Shown piece after piece: positions 62,877 through 64,000 of a stretch of 64,000 bases of DNA (position 1 is its first letter; each line of letters starts with the position of its first letter). The notes beneath the pieces were generated by a model. The model worked only from the letters and a program-made list of their open reading frames with translations. It was not told where the DNA came from and searched no databases. The stretch spans positions 46,071 through 110,070 of the forward strand of contig DAQX01000026.1 in the NCBI GenBank assembly GCA_002503055.1. The letters run 5' to 3'. A program made the translations under genes and the position numbers. The DNA comes from Euryarchaeota archaeon UBA86 (GTDB lineage Archaea > Thermoplasmatota > Poseidoniia > Poseidoniales > Thalassarchaeaceae).

Positions 62877-64000
62877 GTGAGCGAAGACAAGCAGAGGTTG
62901 CTCGTTGTCAAAGCGGCCATGGTCGCGAATGGTGGTGCAGCTCGCGATCTAATGCGTAATCTGCCTCACATAGCCGAGCGATTTGAGGTCAAATTCGCAT
63001 GCCTTAATCTGCTCGATTCGCAGCGTTCTGAACTTTTGTCGAATGGTATACCAGTGCTCGAACCTGTTAACCAATGGAAGGCAGGCGAGGGTTTGCTAAA
63101 CGAGATTACAGCTGGCCAAGAGCGTAGCGCGGCTACTGCCTGGAAAAGGCATGAGCAAGTACTTGATGCAATCCAGTGGGCCGATTCTATTCATCTCACA
63201 GGAGGTAATGGATCGATGGAGTTCCCGGCCTTCGTACCTGCGGACAAACCCCTACATTTGCACTATCTAGAGTCTAAACCCGGTATCCATGATGATGTCA
63301 GCCACCTCAATCCGGACGGTAGTGGTGGCTGGAGACCGGGGCTGATGCATATTCTGCAGACGATGCAGAGGAGGCGGATTGAGAAATCCTTCAGAGGTTT
63401 TGCTGAGAATCCCCTATGGACTGTGTCTGCAAACTCCGGGTTCTCTGCAAGTAATCTACAGCGAATATACGGAATCAAAGGCGGGGTTCTATATCCATCT
63501 GTTGATCTTTCAGAGTTCTCCAGGGTTGCTACCGCTACTGAAGGTGATTCGATTGGTAATCTAGGGTTGTCTGAAGGAGAATATGCTGTAACAGTCGGAC
63601 GATTATCTCGATTCAAGGGAATTTACGAGGCTGTCGAACATCTTGTAGGAAGTGGATTGGGACTCGTGGTAATTGGAGGAGGAAAAGAGAGTGAAAACGC
63701 TGCACTTCGGAGTTATGGAGAGAGAAATGGTGTTTCAGTCAAAGTACTCTCGGGGCTCAATATGCCAGTTATGCTAGCAGTCATGAGAGGTTCGGCAGCA
63801 GTAATTGGCCTAGCTCACGGAGAGGCTTTCGGTTTGACCCCCATTGAAGCAATGGCTCTAGGGGTTCCTCCAGTTTTTGTCAATGAAGGAGGATATACCG
63901 AAACGGTGGTTGACCAACTGAATGGCAGACTGGTCGAGAGAGGAGATATTGATGCTTGGAATCGTGCGCTCGAACAAGCTCGGGATTCTGGCACTAGGGA
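62877..64000 (+). CDS. Family 4 glycosyltransferase, 3' end beyond the window (not in the supplied ORF track)
   Basis: My own translation of this frame is open from 62877 (GTG) or 62919 (ATG) to the window end. It contains VGRLSRFKG and HGEAFGLTPIEAMALGVPPVFVNEGG, the Glycos_transf_1 E(x7)E region. Confidence 0.75.
   Translation, partial: MSEDKQRLLVVKAAMVANGGAARDLMRNLPHIAERFEVKFACLNLLDSQRSELLSNGIPVLEPVNQWKAGEGLLNEITAGQERSAATAWKRHEQVLDAIQWADSIHLTGGNGSMEFPAFVPADKPLHLHYLESKPGIHDDVSHLNPDGSGGWRPGLMHILQTMQRRRIEKSFRGFAENPLWTVSANSGFSASNLQRIYGIKGGVLYPSVDLSEFSRVATATEGDSIGNLGLSEGEYAVTVGRLSRFKGIYEAVEHLVGSGLGLVVIGGGKESENAALRSYGERNGVSVKVLSGLNMPVMLAVMRGSAAVIGLAHGEAFGLTPIEAMALGVPPVFVNEGGYTETVVDQLNGRLVERGDIDAWNRALEQARDSGTR

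Overview
This window is a densely coded archaeal chromosomal segment. I support about 60 protein genes on both strands and one tRNA-Cys. I saw no rRNA, CRISPR array, transposase or integrase.

The information-processing genes are clearly archaeal: PolD large subunit DP2, primase PriL, archaeal DnaG, thermosome, a Pcc1/KEOPS-like protein, deoxyhypusine synthase, an Nre repair protein, archaeal phosphopantothenate synthetase, MptE-like kinase, and HTH_10 and Lrp regulators. Many metabolic genes look bacterial in type: MetK, FumC, PurH, PurN, RNase HI and cyclophilin. There are also secreted or anchored proteins, including a 1726-aa vWA plus thrombospondin-type-3-repeat adhesin, a BNR protein and an S15 peptidase. 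By inference only, this mix suggests a planktonic heterotrophic euryarchaeote such as Marine Group II (Poseidoniales) or another Thermoplasmatota lineage.

Most of the window is ordinary housekeeping. The clear outlier is an 872-bp gap between two convergent genes (2440-3311).
- Its plus strand is purine-rich and strongly depleted in T.
- It contains a 34-nt perfect direct repeat.
- A BRE/TATA-like element precedes it.
- cUUCGg and GAAA tetraloop hairpins and GC-rich stems bracket it.

I propose that it encodes a roughly 0.75-kb non-coding RNA that I could not match from memory to RNase P or SRP RNA motifs. The alternative is an extremely charged repeat protein.

Secondary oddities:
- a ribbon-helix-helix domain fused to class II fumarase
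- an Eco57I-like methyltransferase homologue whose catalytic NPPY/W motif reads SRPPW
- a structured GC-rich region upstream of dnaG
- an operator-like palindrome between the TATA box and start codon of the thermosome gene
- a tRNA-Cys with G at position 55
- an insertion in the C-terminal zinc finger of DP2

All homology calls come from motif recognition by eye; no searches were run.
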